Shown: one piece after another, positions 38,262 through 54,918 of the stretch
Layout: each line of letters starts with the position of its first letter
How positions within the stretch are numbered: the first letter of the stretch is position 1
Assembly (NCBI RefSeq): GCF_006345805.1
Contig: NC_043021.1
Span: forward strand, 25,048,001 to 25,112,000
From: Octopus sinensis
Lineage: Eukaryota
Direction of reading: 5' to 3'
Length of the DNA: 64,000 bases
Made by a program: the position numbers and the translations under genes
Notes under the pieces: generated by a model
The model's database searches: none
Seen by the model: the letters and a program-made list of their open reading frames with translations, nothing else
What the model was told of the DNA's origin: nothing

Positions 38262-38500
38262 CGCCCTTTTGAAGCCTAGCCAGGCTCATAGGCCCGGTTT
38301 GCCGGTTTCTATGGCGTATGTGTTCCTTGGCTGGATGGGACACCAGTCCATCGCAGCGTTACTCATTTTTGCCAGCTGAGTGGACTGGAGCAACGTGAAA
38401 TGAAGTGTTTTGCTCAAGAGCACAATGCGTCGCCCGGTCCAGGAATCGAAACCACAATCTTACAATCATGGTCCTGACACCCTAACCACTAAGCCATGCA
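38262..38500 (-). mobile_element. tRNA-headed SINE, family B
   Basis: Reverse complement of 1975-2215. Confidence 0.82.
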
Positions 38501-41500
38501 CCCCATTCTGATATAAAGTAGGATAAATATAATAATAATAATAATAATCCTTGGATGGAATTTATAAACATTAAATGCATCACTGCACGTGTTTCTACAA
38601 ATCGCACGTCTCTTTAAGATCCCAGTCCATATTCCTGGGATAATCCCTGTGCAGTATCTATGGGCATTGGGTTGATCATCTTTGTGGATTCATCTCTTCA
38701 GGTGTTATAACATTAATGGATATTCAACAAAGGTTTGTTTATCCCTTTTTACCAGAATGAACGTTAAGCAAGTTCTTTCTGTCTCCTTCAGGCAACAGTC
38801 GCAAAACGAACATCAACAACATACAAATGGTGTTCTCCATTTCCAGTCTTCCAAAGAAACATGTCTGCCTCATCGAATTCCATCTGATCCATGCAACGAG
38901 ATGGTAAAGTGAACATTAAAATGCCAACAACGTCGACAACGATGATGATGATGATGTGGACTCCATTACCATCTGCCAGTTCCACTCACAAGGCATTGAT
39001 AAGCTCAGGGCTAAAGTACAAACCCTTGCCCAAGATCCCATGCAGTGAGATTGAACCTGTAACTACATGATTACAAAGCAAACTTCACAGCCATACAGCC
39101 ATACAGCTATACAGTCATCGTATAACATTTTTTGTATGTTACAAAAACTGGTCACAGATAGGTTGATTACTTTCATAAAAGTCTTCAAGACAATAAATAA
39201 GAACTGAGGTATTTTAATTTGTCAGTTCATTCCAGGAATCACGTTTTCCTCTCTGATTTCATTTAACATTTTAATTTATTCCATTCCCGTCAACATAAAC
39301 AACAGCCAGTAAAGAAACTTCCATTGCTTAATACATCTTTCTCTTTTCTTTCCCACACTTTATAACTTTCTTCTTTGGTTTTCAAGTTTTCACATCGAAT
39401 TCTTTGCTCAACCAAAACAAAAGATCCTTTTTTTTTTTTATTCATTAAAACAGTCTGGAATTTATCATCCAAATTATAGTTGAACTATTTGCTCTCTTAC
39501 AATGTGGATCTCTACACACTATACATGCCAAGTTTTAGCAGAAGTGTGTAGAATGAAGATCTGCAAAGGAAAAGGTACTCCAAAAGCCCTTTCAATATCA
39601 CATCAGACCTACCAAAACAGCTTGACTACCATTTCTCTGGCTGGGCTTCTTACTGCATCCACTACAAAAAACTCTGGTGCAATTAGCAATCAAAATTTCA
39701 TGATTAAATCTACGAAATATATTACAACTGTTCAATAAGTTCCTCTTATCTTTATCTTCCACAGCTGAGTCTAATTAGACATACAACAAGCAGTAACTCT
39801 GGAGACTCCCCACCATTCACTCCCTATTTTGCATGCACACACACACACACACAACATAGCAAGACTATTCCTGGACAAAACCAATTTCTTTATCACCACA
39901 TATATAGAATTGCCAACTGGAAAACCTTTTGCTATCACTTTGGCTCATCAAGGCATTTCCAGCAACTTACCTGTAATATGTTTCTAAGGTAATCTCAGTC
40001 CCCACCAAATTCCCAACTTGTCCTTCTCTAGTTCTGTCCATTCCTAACTCATCAAAATATACAAATATAATCCACCCCTTAACACTGTTCCTACTTACCC
40101 CTGACCAGGGTCGTGTTTCTGCCAACCCAATCACCCACATTTCTAACATCTCAAAATTGGACACAATCAGAAACAACAACCTTTTGTATTACTCTGAATC
40201 CTTTTCACCCTTCAGTGAATACCAAAAGACTTTCCATGGAAACTGGACCATTCTTAACCAGATGATAGGGTCAATAATTTTTCGACACTTGTAGGTTAAT
40301 TATTAGAAAACGAGAACATAGGCCCTTGTTGTTGTTGTATAACTTCTAGTCAGTTTTGACTGAACATACCTACGATGAAAAGGCATTCCAGCTATGACCA
40401 TCCTGTCTTTTTGTATATCTAGAACTACATTATCCAATGTCTTACATTTTTTTAAAGCAGAAGATCCAATGTAAGGATGATTCTGCTGCTATTTCTAGCA
40501 GGCTAAGCAACAACAAACAGGCTTCCTCTTTGTCTTGGGAAAGGACCATAGGTAGATATGAACCATAGCAGCAGTGGGGTGGAGAAAAGGAAATAAAAGG
40601 AGAAAGGAAGACCAGGAAAAGTGGATTTTGGCAAAAGTGATAAAATGAAGAGGATGTGGGTACATATTTGTTTGGGTGGAAGTGAAAACAAGGTGTACCT
40701 GCTGATAGGTGTGTGTATAGGAATAGGGGAGGAGGGAGAGTAGATATCACAGTAAATGGCAAAGGTGAGAGGAAATTATTGAGAAGTTTGTAATATTGTA
40801 AGGATTGTTGGAATGGTGGGCCTTCTCCTTCACAGAGTTTCTTCATTTTACACCCTTCGACCAACACATGGCATGTAGAATCTATTTGCATTACAAACTA
40901 ATGCTTTTGAGAATGGTCATTCCAACTAGTTTGTGCACACACACACACAACATTTATTTTGGGCTTAAAATTCACAAACTGTCACCTCAAGCAATAAAAG
41001 AAATCAATCAAGTGATCTTATATCCAAAAACTATTAAACCAGAACTCTAAGAGTAGAAAGCATTCTGGATTGGTTGGAGCAGATAGGAATATTATAAGAA
41101 GACTGTGCCTGGCATTCATCCAATAAATATTCTGGTTGACAACATCAAAACCATTGAACATGGAAAGATGACAAATTATGAAAGGGAAATTTTTGATTTG
41201 TTTTGAGTGAATCTATTTGTAATGGTCCATGGTTGTTTGTTTATCCTGAGAAAATCCCAAAAGCTGTAGGCTTTGAGAGAGTGTCACTAACTCCTCAATG
41301 ACAATATCAGTGTCATCCCACTTACCTCTCAACAACTCATTTCTCTTCTTAACATTTTTTCGCTGTACTTCCACCATTTCCGACACTATTACCAACTTCT
41401 TGGACATCTCTGGTTCTATTTACAATCGCCATCTCTTCGTCTCCATTTTTGTTCCTCAACTCCAATCCCTTTCCCATAATTCTTCCATTTCTGCTATATT

Positions 41501-42716
41501 CCTGCAACCTGACACTCTGATTCTGAGTGCCAATCAAACTGATCTCATCCTTTCTTTACATGATGTTACTCCCAACCTGTTATCACCAATCACAAACCAT
41601 TGATCACATCTCTCCCACATCTCTCCCACATCTCTCCCACATCTGCCCCCATCCACTAATCACAAGCTCTTCCTTTCCCCCTTCCATCATGCTATCAACT
41701 TCCTCTCCAAAACATTCTACACTCTTCAATCTCACTAATTCTTTCACAATCTCCTGGTCAATAGTTCTTTCATCCCAAGTTACAATCAACCTGAAACCCC
41801 TGCCTCCTCCCATTCTCATTGCAACACATTCTTTTATCTTCAACATCTTTTATCTGCCTAGTCTCAAGTCCATATTCCAAGATTCCGATCACTTTCCATG
41901 TACCTCCCTCATTATAAAATTTTGTAAAGAGGCAAAACTTGTTAATATTTGGCAGACTGCTTTTGGGAGCAGCTTCTTCACCCTCGTTTCCCCGCAACTG
42001 TTGATTTCCATTTCAACTCTTCATATCACATTTCAACTATAAATTCTCTGATTTTGGATAATTCCAATACACTTCTACAAGACAACTTTGAGAACAATGA
42101 TTTATCTTCCCTCCTGATGGCATCAACAACAGGTTACATTTCTTCTAATTAATTCTCCTCCCCTGACACACACACACACACACACTCAGTATTGGGTGTG
42201 CTCATTGACATAACAGCTCCACATACTGACATCGACTGACACACACACATACATACGCACAGACACCAACTCTGCTTCTGATTATTGCAAACATCCAACA
42301 TTTCAGCCACAATTTGTTTGTATTCTTATAGACTTCCACATAATAATGACTTCCACATAATAATACATAAAGCCATTTTTTCTTTCTTGATAAAGAGCTG
42401 AAGCTCAAAATATTGGATTCTTTTCTTCGCAGTAGCAACATTTAGGGACATCTTTCCTTCTTCTTTGCTTATTTGTTGTTGACACGCCTGTTTTTCCAAT
42501 TCTTAATTCTGCTTTATCCTTGTCCCCAGCTTAGTAAAGATTCAAAGGAGTCACAGGCTACAGGTATGGCACCTTATAATCTGGAATAGCTAGGACTAAA
42601 CAGAAAACATTAGCAGAGAGACATGGGGGAGAGAGAGGAGGAGAGAGAGATTAGGAAGCAGCAGGGAGGGGTGGGGGCAGGGGGAATATAAGACAAACTA
42701 AAATTCATTCATTTAC

Positions 42717-42866
42717 CTATTTTGTCCGTGTGAAAAGACTGCATTACTTTGTAACAAAAATGGCTACTGTTTGTTGAGGTTCTGGTATTGTTGTTCGAAA
42801 GCACTTGATGACTACAGTCTGAACAGTTAAGATGTGAGAAATTAAAACTACTACAATTATTGCTAC

Positions 42867-42897
<31 letters not shown>

Positions 42898-43235
42898 ATT
42901 GTTTTTGTTTTTGTTGGTGTTATTGGCACAGTTGTTGTCTGTGCGATTGCTGTCTTTAAAAATATTGGAATCATACTTGTTGTTGTAGAATACAGTAGAG
43001 ACATTGTTAGTGTTGTTGTTTTTGTTATTGTTGTTGTGATCCAAAGTTGGTGTTGTTTGGTTTACGGCATCTCCTCCTCGCACTGACGAGCTGCCTGCTT
43101 CCATTGCATTTGCTAGTTGTGTTGCATTCATATGAGAAACGTCCGGCTGCTCTCCAACTTCAGACGTCTGTTCTGTCACGTTGGGTGCTCTTGAGGAAGC
43201 AGTCAGCTTCTCTATCAGCGTGGCCAAAAGTCCAG
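42717..43235 (-). CDS. Second coding exon of the secreted protein (SGLLATLIEKLTASS...Asn-rich...FHTDKI)
   Basis: Polypyrimidine tract with ctgcag acceptor (43236) and G|GTAAAT donor (42716). 519 nt, open throughout, symmetric phase 1-1, in frame with exon 1. Confidence 0.75.
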
Positions 43236-43279
43236 CTGCAGGAGGGAAAAGAAAGAGAAAAATTAAGAAAACAATCAGC

Positions 43280-45748
<2,469 letters not shown>

Positions 45749-46249
45749 TTATTGCCTGTCTTCCATGTTGAACAGTTTGACAGGATCCAGCAAACCAGAG
45801 GGCTCCATTGAGGTCCATATATCAATATATATACAGGTGCATGTGTGTCCCACCCATGCCAGTATGGAAGGTGGATTTTTAATGATGATGATGATGATGA
45901 TATAAACATACACATAGATACACATGCATGCACACACACACACACACGTGCATGTGTGCGTGTGTGTGTATGTGTGTGTGTGTGCATGCATGTGTGTGTG
46001 TGTGTATTTAAGCATTAGACATTAGAACTTAGTGTAGCCCTGTGGCTTGTCTGTTCATGTCGGACCATCCAGCCCGTGATAGCATGAAAAAAAGGATGTT
46101 AAATGATGTCAATGACAATGATGATGATGATGATGATGATGATACTGATGATGACATTATGTAAATATATCATAATTCTACATATAGCGACACTTGTCAG
46201 AACCAAATCTACGTTTTTGGGGGGGTTTTTTCAGCAATCTAAATCAGTT

Positions 46250-46720
46250 TAGTAGTCATATACAGCAAAAAGAGAAGCTAGATGGAAGGTATATTCAGCC
46301 ATGAAAAGAAGAGGTAAGAAGTGGTCTGGGTTGCAAGACAGAGCACCAGAGAAAAGTGAGATGCTGGTAAGAAGTAAACTGAGTGGCACTTGTTCCTCCA
46401 GCTAAGGCTGAAAAGAAAGATGCAATGAAGGTGATATTATGAGAGGTTGTTGAATAAGGAGAATACATGAGCAAAAGAGGGCTTTACTTTATGTAGACCC
46501 TACACAGGGACCATCTACTAAAGTTAAGAATGGTATGATAGATAAAGCAATTAAGGATATGAAGGACAGGAAGGCACTTTGTCCATCAGGAATTACTCCC
46601 AAGATGCTTAAGGAATTGACACATCAGAAAGAGATTCTCTTAAATACTCAGATGGTTCACTAGAAACAGTTGATTGCTTTTGTTACCAAGGAGATGCAAT
46701 TAGGAGGGGGGCGTCACTAA
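46250..46720 (+). mobile_element. Degraded, internally deleted RTE LINE fragment
   Basis: Remnants DKAIKDMKDRKALCPSGITPKMLK and SLETVDCFCYQGD resemble RTE linker and late-RT motifs. Confidence 0.6.
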
Positions 46721-47179
46721 AAATGTATAATTGCTTGAATAAGAACCAAGTTGAAGAAAGATCAGGAAGCCACGACAACAAGAACCTGCTCCATTTGCTT
46801 TTCTCATATTTTATCCCTTATATCCTAGGATAAAACCTCTTCCTACCTCAGGTTTTAGGGTTCTTGCAAGCTGCATGGCAATGTTACTAGTGCTGGTAAG
46901 ATGAAAAAAAGCATTCTGTATATGTTATAAAATGGTTGGTGTTAAGAAGGGCATCCAGCAGTAGAAACCCTGCCAAAGCAGACACTGGAGCACAATGAAG
47001 TTCTTGGGTCCATAAGGTTCTGTCAAAGTACCCAACCCATGCCATCATGGGATGTGGACATTAAATGATGATGGCGATGACGACGACGACGACGATGATG
47101 ATGATGATGATGCACACACCTAGTCTTACAGTGTGCATTTAAAAGTGTTTCCATAAAGACTGGAAGGTAAAGTGACCTT

Positions 47180-47418
47180 TCCGTGTCATGCCAGGCTCAC
47201 GAGGGCCAGTTTCCCAGTTTCAGTGGCGTATAGATTCCTCACCTGGCCGGGACACTGATGTGTTGCAGGATGACTCATTTTTGCCAGCTGAGTGGATTGG
47301 AGCAACGTGAAATGAAGTCTTTTGCTCAAGAACACACTGCATCACCCGGTCTAGGAATCAAACCCACAATCCTACGATCATGAGCCCAACACCCTAACCA
47401 CTAAACCACGTGCCCCCA
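47180..47418 (-). mobile_element. tRNA-headed SINE, family B
   Basis: Reverse complement of 1975-2215, more diverged. Confidence 0.78.
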
Positions 47419-48464
47419 CTTTCCTAAAAACTTTGCTAAATAGGGTCTCTTTTAATTCTGAAACCCAAAACAAAACAACACCTCACTTGTCAGATACATT
47501 TACCATAAAGAAGACAAATAAGTAATCACAAAGATAGAAAACAATCTTCTTGGAAAATGGGTCAAAAAATTAATTTATACTTCAGTAAATTCTATCCACG
47601 GGGCATTGGCCAACATGAGGCTGTATTAGAAGACATACCATGCAGTAGGATTGAACCCATAGCCATGTGGTTAAGAAGTGAACATTTTAACCACATGGTT
47701 ATTGTGTGAGCTTATAGAAAAGAAGAGAGGAAGGCATTTAACCCATTTCAGTACAACAAGTCCACCTTGCAAAGTTAATTTGGTTGTTCATAGCAGAGAT
47801 ATCACACAGACTGATGTTTTGGTAGCAATTGCAGAAATTCATTCTCATAACCCATCACAAATGTCATTACCCTCTTTGTTAGGGGTGTGTGAGAGAGGTG
47901 TGTGTGCACATGCACACTCACACCCACGCTCCAGACACAAGGAGGGGGTGCAAAGATGCAGTTCCTATAATGGGATTCTAGTGTAAATATATCTATTTGC
48001 ACAATGCACAATTTCTTTGAAATTATATAGTCTACAACTTTAGGCCTTTTGCTGTTTTTTCTTTTTCTTTCGCAGCTTCTATTTACAAACTGGCAGAACA
48101 TCTAATGCTGCATGCACAGGCAGAAAAGTAATGATAAATGGCCTAGAATTACTCCAAATGAATGCATATTTGGTTTAATAACATTTCCCTTGAAAAGTTA
48201 CCTTTCCTGTAAAAAATAGAATCGTTACTGGTGTTCTAATGAACTGTGCCCAATATCAGTAGAAAATATTTTGTAATTTAAGGAGTCTAAATGAAATATA
48301 TCTAATTGGAAAATATCAAATAAGAGCACAAGATTAAGTAAATATGAAAACAATTTTATTTCATTTGAAAGAATTATTGCACAAATTATAATCCTTTTAT
48401 TTTATTTATTTTAAAATAAATTTTAAAGAATGGTTAGAAACTAGAGTGTTAACTTCTCATCTCC

Positions 48465-49495
48465 CAGATCTTGTTATCCTTGGCGATGGACATATTTTGT
48501 TAATTAAATACATGCACCACTACAGACATGTTTTTAATTGACAAAATATAATCATCTCCAAGAATAACAATATTTCCCTCTGGTCTTTACCAGATATTTT
48601 TGTAGTCCTACAGTAAATAGTCTTTAATAGTTTTTCTAGCTTTCATGTTAAGTATAACCTGTGTCAGCTTTTAAGTTATTCTAATAGCAGTCACTTTCTT
48701 ATTTTTACCTGTCTAATCTTTCTAATTTATTTAGCTTCCAGTTGAGAATAATATAAATCATAACTCCCCCACCACCACCACCTCCACTGAACTATTGATA
48801 TCCATGATTTTATTTCTGACATTGAGATCACCTTTAAGAATTAATCTTTTGTGTCTTGAATATTTCTTTGTAATATTTTCTTTCGTTTCTCTCTCATATA
48901 TTCTGTCTGATTCATTAATTCTTTTTTGTAATTATTCAGTCTATATTTGATCTAATTACCTCTATTTCTTTATCTAACTTCCCGTTAGTAGTTGAATTAA
49001 TTGTTTTTCTATTTCAAGGTTAATTTGACATGTTTTTTTTTTTCTAAATGGACTTTCACATCAGTTCTTCTTTCACATTTGTGTCCAGCCTGGTTTAATA
49101 AATTGGTTAAAGCTGTTAATGCCAGACAAGAAAAAGGGTAGAAAGAAGGGGCTCCCTTTGGATGTATTCCTCTTCTAATTAAAAGGATGGGATTCCTTTT
49201 AATCATTCCCTCTTTTGTCTGTATCTTAGATATTGTTTACCATTTAGTCATGGCCTGTTAGATATAGTCCCTTGTCATTGTACTACTCCACCTCATGGCT
49301 AATACATACATACATACACACACATACGTACATACATACATACATACATACATACATACATACTACATACATACATACATACATACATACATACATACTT
49401 ATATATATAATGTAGGTAGGTATGGTAAAATCTCAGCTGTTTCCTCTTGAAGCACATCTGCTTATTCCATTATGGAAGTGTTGGTACTCATCTTC
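48465..49495. repeat. Left arm of a near-identical 1-kb inverted duplication
   Basis: Reverse complement of 54919-55961. The same ORF peptide MIKRNPILLIRRGIHPK is reported on opposite strands. Confidence 0.95.
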
Positions 49496-50173
49496 AAAAT
49501 AGAGACGAGTAACAACACTTCCATGCAGAATGCTTAAACAATTGTGAAGTTCACTTCACATGAAACCATTGGTAGCCTTGTTAGCTCACAAATAAAAAAA
49601 GTATATATATATACATATATATAAAGGGAAAGTTTACGAAAATAAACAAAAGACGAAGGCAGGTGGAGTACAAGCAAACAAATGTATTAGTATAGCGCTC
49701 AGGAATAGAAAAAGTGTTTTACATTTCGAGCCTACACTCTTCGACAGAAAGATACACAGAAAAAAAATGCATGCAGGAGCTAACGATCTATCATGGCGTC
49801 CTGACTTCGGACAGTGGTCAGACGCGAGAGGGACAGCAGGGGAGATAACAGGGTCAAGTGACTTCCAATACGCAGGTGCCCCCAACACAAAGGTGTGTGT
49901 GTGTATAAGAGAGTATGTATGTGTGTGTGAAAGAGGGCTGGTGGTCTGGACGTGTGTGTGTGTGTATGTGTGGGTGGTGTGTTGTGATGTGATGTGTAAT
50001 GTTGTATGGTGTAGAGTAGTGTGGTGTGATGTTGTGGGGAGGTGGGGGAGGCGAGAGTGGGGAAAGCATAGGTGGGGTGTATATATATATATATATATGA
50101 TTTTGATTTTGATTTTTCCAGTTTCAGCTAATGAGCTGTGGCCATGCTGGGGCACCGCCACCTATATACACAC

Positions 50174-50205
<32 letters not shown>

Positions 50206-52149
50206 TTCTCCCTCATTTCTACCCCATCTTCATTCCTTTTATCCATCCAATCACTGTTACCCATTCTAAAATGTGAGTAGTCACATGGCTCCTCTACATC
50301 AACAAACTTGTTCTTCTCTGAGGTGTTAACTTCTCATCTTCCAGTGTAAATCTGCACCCTTGGGATTCATAACCTTGCAGGCTGCATGATTACCTCACTT
50401 GTTACCATAGTTACCCATGGCAAAAACCACCCAGGACTTACTGTGGAGTGGTTGGTGTTAGGAAGGGTTTTGAACCATAGAAACTCTGCCAAACCAGAGA
50501 CTGGAGCATGATGCAGTCCTTGGACTTCTCAGATTCTGTCAAGCCATCCAACCTATGCCAGCAGGGAACATGGATGTTAAATGATGATTTTATATATATT
50601 TTATATAATTGCCAAAGCAGACACTTGAGCATGATTCAGTCTTTGAACTGATCAGATCCAACCAACCTATGTCAGCATGAAACTGGACATTGAATTTGGA
50701 CATGATCAGGTGTGATTCATGAGTAGCAAAAAATCACAATATATGAATTAGAGAGAACAGCATTTTATAATGATCTTATGGACAAAACAGGTTACGTAAC
50801 TTAGTTTTGCACAAGGCTCAGGAGACTTACGATCCCCAGAGATGCTTGCTTGGATCTGGAATAGCTTCAACAAAATGACTGCGGGGAAAGTGATAGCCAC
50901 ATCTGCTAAGCATGATAGGAAAGTGTATAAAAGTATTATAAACAAATATTTTTTAGTGCAAAGGTGATAAATCAGGGATCAAGCCTGAAGACTTACATCC
51001 CCTGATATGAGAACTGATAAAACAAATTAGCCAGAAGGGAGAAAAAGAAGTGATGATAGGGATGGAAGAACAGATAAAGGATAGATATAATGAAAGACGA
51101 AAATAGCTAAATCTAGAGGATGAAGGGGAACATGAAAGGAAGGAAGAGAGGAATAAAAGAAAAAAGAGTGCATTAAGGTCAGATGGTGAAAAGTGATTGA
51201 GATACATGGAGCAATGGTGACACCTTATAGTGGATTAGACCAGTACTGGAGGATGTATTTTGTCTGGTGCAAGTAAAGTGATCAAGTCTCAGATTTACCA
51301 GTCAAGTATGGTCCAGGTCTTAGTGAGTTCTTTAGTATTAGTCATCACTTTTTCACTGAATGCAATCTGAATTTTATGCTATTCTCTGAGTAAAGCTTGC
51401 ATTTTCTAATTAGTTTCATCTAATATCATATTCTGCAGCTTCCACCTTCAAAAGCTATTTGTACTTGGCCAGTGTAGAGATGCTTCACTTCTCATAGCTC
51501 GTTAATCACTTGATGTGACTGGACAAGTATACCTGTATACCTTGAACAGGTTCTCCATCATACTACGGTAGCATTTCAGACTGGAAGCATTATTCTTTGA
51601 ACCTGATTTCCACCCCATACACAGCAACCTCTATGTTGTGGTGAGTATTAAATGGGCACATGATGTTATCTCCACATGAATAACTGATCTTAGTACTAGG
51701 GGGGTGGACTTGTGTGAAAGGAGACACTTCATGCTGGTTGTGCAGCTAAAAGAACCCTAACCCTTACTAAATAGCTCCCTATATTTATGAGTGAGAAGAA
51801 AAGGATTTGTCAACCAACCTAAAGGAAGGTCTTAACTATACTGGAGTTCAAGAGAAAGGACGTATAGACAAACTATCTTTATGATACCATTAACACCATT
51901 TTCTTCGAGGGTGGGTTATTCTGGCTGGGTATGAAATTAGTCTTCTCTTTGAACTTAATTGCTGTTAGGCTGTTGTTTTAATCACCACACAATATTTCCA
52001 CACAAAAGATCTGACCTCAGATCCTTCTATGTACCCAGTGTCAATGAAGGAGAGTTTCTCATTGGGATTATAGATGGGCTCGGATGAACTAGTTTCTGTC
52101 ATGATACTGAATCTGAAAGGCTTGAAATAATATTCTTCCATAAATTATC

Positions 52150-52440
52150 TGAGGAGAATCCATTGGTGCTATGGATGCTCTCTTATTTGTGAGACAACTA
52201 CAAGAGAATTTGGTCTTTTACTTAAAAAGTAAGCCTTTCTATTTAACATTTATTGATGTGGAGAAGGCTTTTGACAGGGTACCATGGTCGGTAGTTTGGT
52301 GGTCTCTAAGAAAACTAGTTTAGATGAAATTGTTTGGGAGAGCAGCACAAGTCCTGTACAGAGATGCAGTTAGCAAAATAAGAGTCGGCAAGGAATTCAG
52401 TGAGAAATTTAATGTGCAAATAGACATTCAACAGTCTCAA
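52150..52440 (+). mobile_element. Reverse-transcriptase remnant of an RTE LINE
   Basis: KPFYLTFIDVEKAFDRVPWSVVWWSLRKL and LYRDAVSKIRVGKEFSEKF (RT motif D..KAFD.V). Confidence 0.8.
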
Positions 52441-53881
52441 TTATGTTGCATAAACTGAGAAAATAATGGCTGTTACTTTGCTGTAACTGGTTTAAGCTTA
52501 AATCTTCTGTCAAATGTTCTGCTTCAATTACTTTATCCATTTCTCTGCCACCAGTATGCGGATTTCACCCAAACCAACATTGTTAACTACACTGATGAAT
52601 TTTACTCATGTCCTTTGTTTGTGATTGTGTCTGGGTCAATCTATTAACCCTTTTGATATCAACTTGCCTGAGACCACTCCTGCCTCTATGACACAAACAT
52701 CTTATTTTAAAGCAATCTCAATTGAAACATTCCATCAAAAGTTCATATGTCCCAAGAACCAGCATAATAATGGCAAACTTCTTTTGCTAAATTCTTTGTT
52801 ATTTTACAAATGAATTGAAACAATGGCAGTATATTTCAAAAGAAATATGGTAACAGAAAGATAAACTACAAGTGGTGACGGCACAGGAGTTCAATGGAGT
52901 TAGGCCTTAGTCACCACAACTCCCAGGTCTGCTTGAAGTGGTAGAACCTACCAAGGACCCCAGTTATCGGTCAAATAACTGAAAAGCATACAGGACTTGG
53001 AGGAGGGTTGGCCCATCGATACATCTCACACAGGCCCACAGGTATGTGGATATGTGAACCAGTACCCCTGCCGAAGAGTTCAAAAAGTCCTGTGCCTCAA
53101 AGGTAAGCTCAAGGGAGCAGAGAAAACTGTAAATAAACAACAGAAGGTGACAGGCACACATTGCTGTAGCTTTCTCAAGAGAAATCAAGAATCTTCAGAC
53201 GTTGGGATGAAGGTCCATAGGGCCAATAGGCAGGGAACATGAAGAGAGAGAGAGAGAGAATCCAGCTGAGATTTATCACACATCTAACCAACTATCTTAG
53301 CATCTCAAAAGTCTCACCAGAACTACCTTTCATTAATGCTTATTTTTTAATTTGATAGGAGAATGCTTTGTGCATACATGTGCATGTGGGGTGGGGGTGC
53401 TGTCTGTGTCTGAGCATGTGCACGTGTGTGTGTGTGTGTGCATGCGAATGCATGAATGTAAGGTCTATATTGAAATGTGCACTATAATTTCACAAAGCAC
53501 TCATAAATCATGTAGGATTCGTGCTGCCTTCAGCTGTGCGCTTTGACAATTACAAAAATAAATAAAATTTTTTAAAAAACCCACAATATTAACTGCAAAT
53601 TGAATTGAGGTCAGAAAATGCTAAATGTCTTGGCCATGATGTCAGTGCAGCACCAGTGAAGGTTTGTGATTCATTAACATTCTGGTTGGCAGGTCAAAAG
53701 CCCCATTGAGACAGACTTCTGTAACCCTCTCGCATGGGAAAGGAAATTAAAAAAATAAATCATGAAAAACATATAATCGCTCCCACAAACATACGCAATG
53801 TACACACATATATACATATACATGAATGTGTGCATGTGTGTGTACGTATATGTATGTACATACATACCTATATACACACAA

Positions 53882-53930
<49 letters not shown>

Positions 53931-53995
53931 TAATCCAAACAAGAAAACAAAAAGACAACAACGCAAGGATGTGGAACATATATATATACATACAT

Positions 53996-54026
<31 letters not shown>

Positions 54027-54918
54027 AATATAAATATATACACATACATACATGCATACATACTTTTACATACACACACACAGATACATATATATGCATA
54101 TTTGTATACATATATAAACATACCTATACACACATATGTATATATATATATGCATATGCACATTATATGTATGTATATGTATATGTATATATTGTTGTTG
54201 TTGGCATCCTTTTGTCTTGGGACACAATGGAGTTGCGCATAAACTAATGCAGTCTGGTTTTTACATTTCATGTCCTCTCCAGTTTCCTCTCCAGTTTTGT
54301 CATATATATATACGTATGGCAATAAGAAAATGGAGGGGATCAAGAGGTGGTAGTCATCAACTTTTAGACATTATGTTATGTCTATTTATTTATTTTTTAA
54401 AAAGACAATTATACATACATGTATAACATATTATGCTTTACATATATAAAATTACCAGAATTATTGAAATATTAAATGTAGAACTGACTTCGGGCAAAAG
54501 AAAATACAGGAGTTAATGTGATTTTATTGAATGTATTCTGCTCTCAGATTCACACACTTTTTGCAGCGGTCCTTCAGTTTTTTAAGCCCTGTAAAAGAAC
54601 TCAGTGGGTTGAGCCTCCAACCAGGCCTTTTGCAATACCCTTAAAGCCAGGAATTTTCAGCATCCCCTCACATAAACAGCAGTAGAAAAGAAACAGATAT
54701 AAATACAGAATAGAGAAAATTTTTGTATTCAATTATTTACTGGAAGCTTGTGTGAAATATAGCAAAACTGATATTATGAAAAGTATTAGCCATGAGGGAA
54801 GTAGTACAAATGACAAGGAACTATATCTAACAGACCAAACGGTAAGCAATACCAAAGATACAAATAAAAGATAGATTTATTAAAATGAATCTTATAAGAA
54901 GAGGAATATATTGAAAGG

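Noticed and set aside
49009-49206. Duplicated small protein MIKRNPILLIRRG... (also 55221-55406)
   Set aside because: The identity is explained by the inverted duplication, and there is no other coding evidence.
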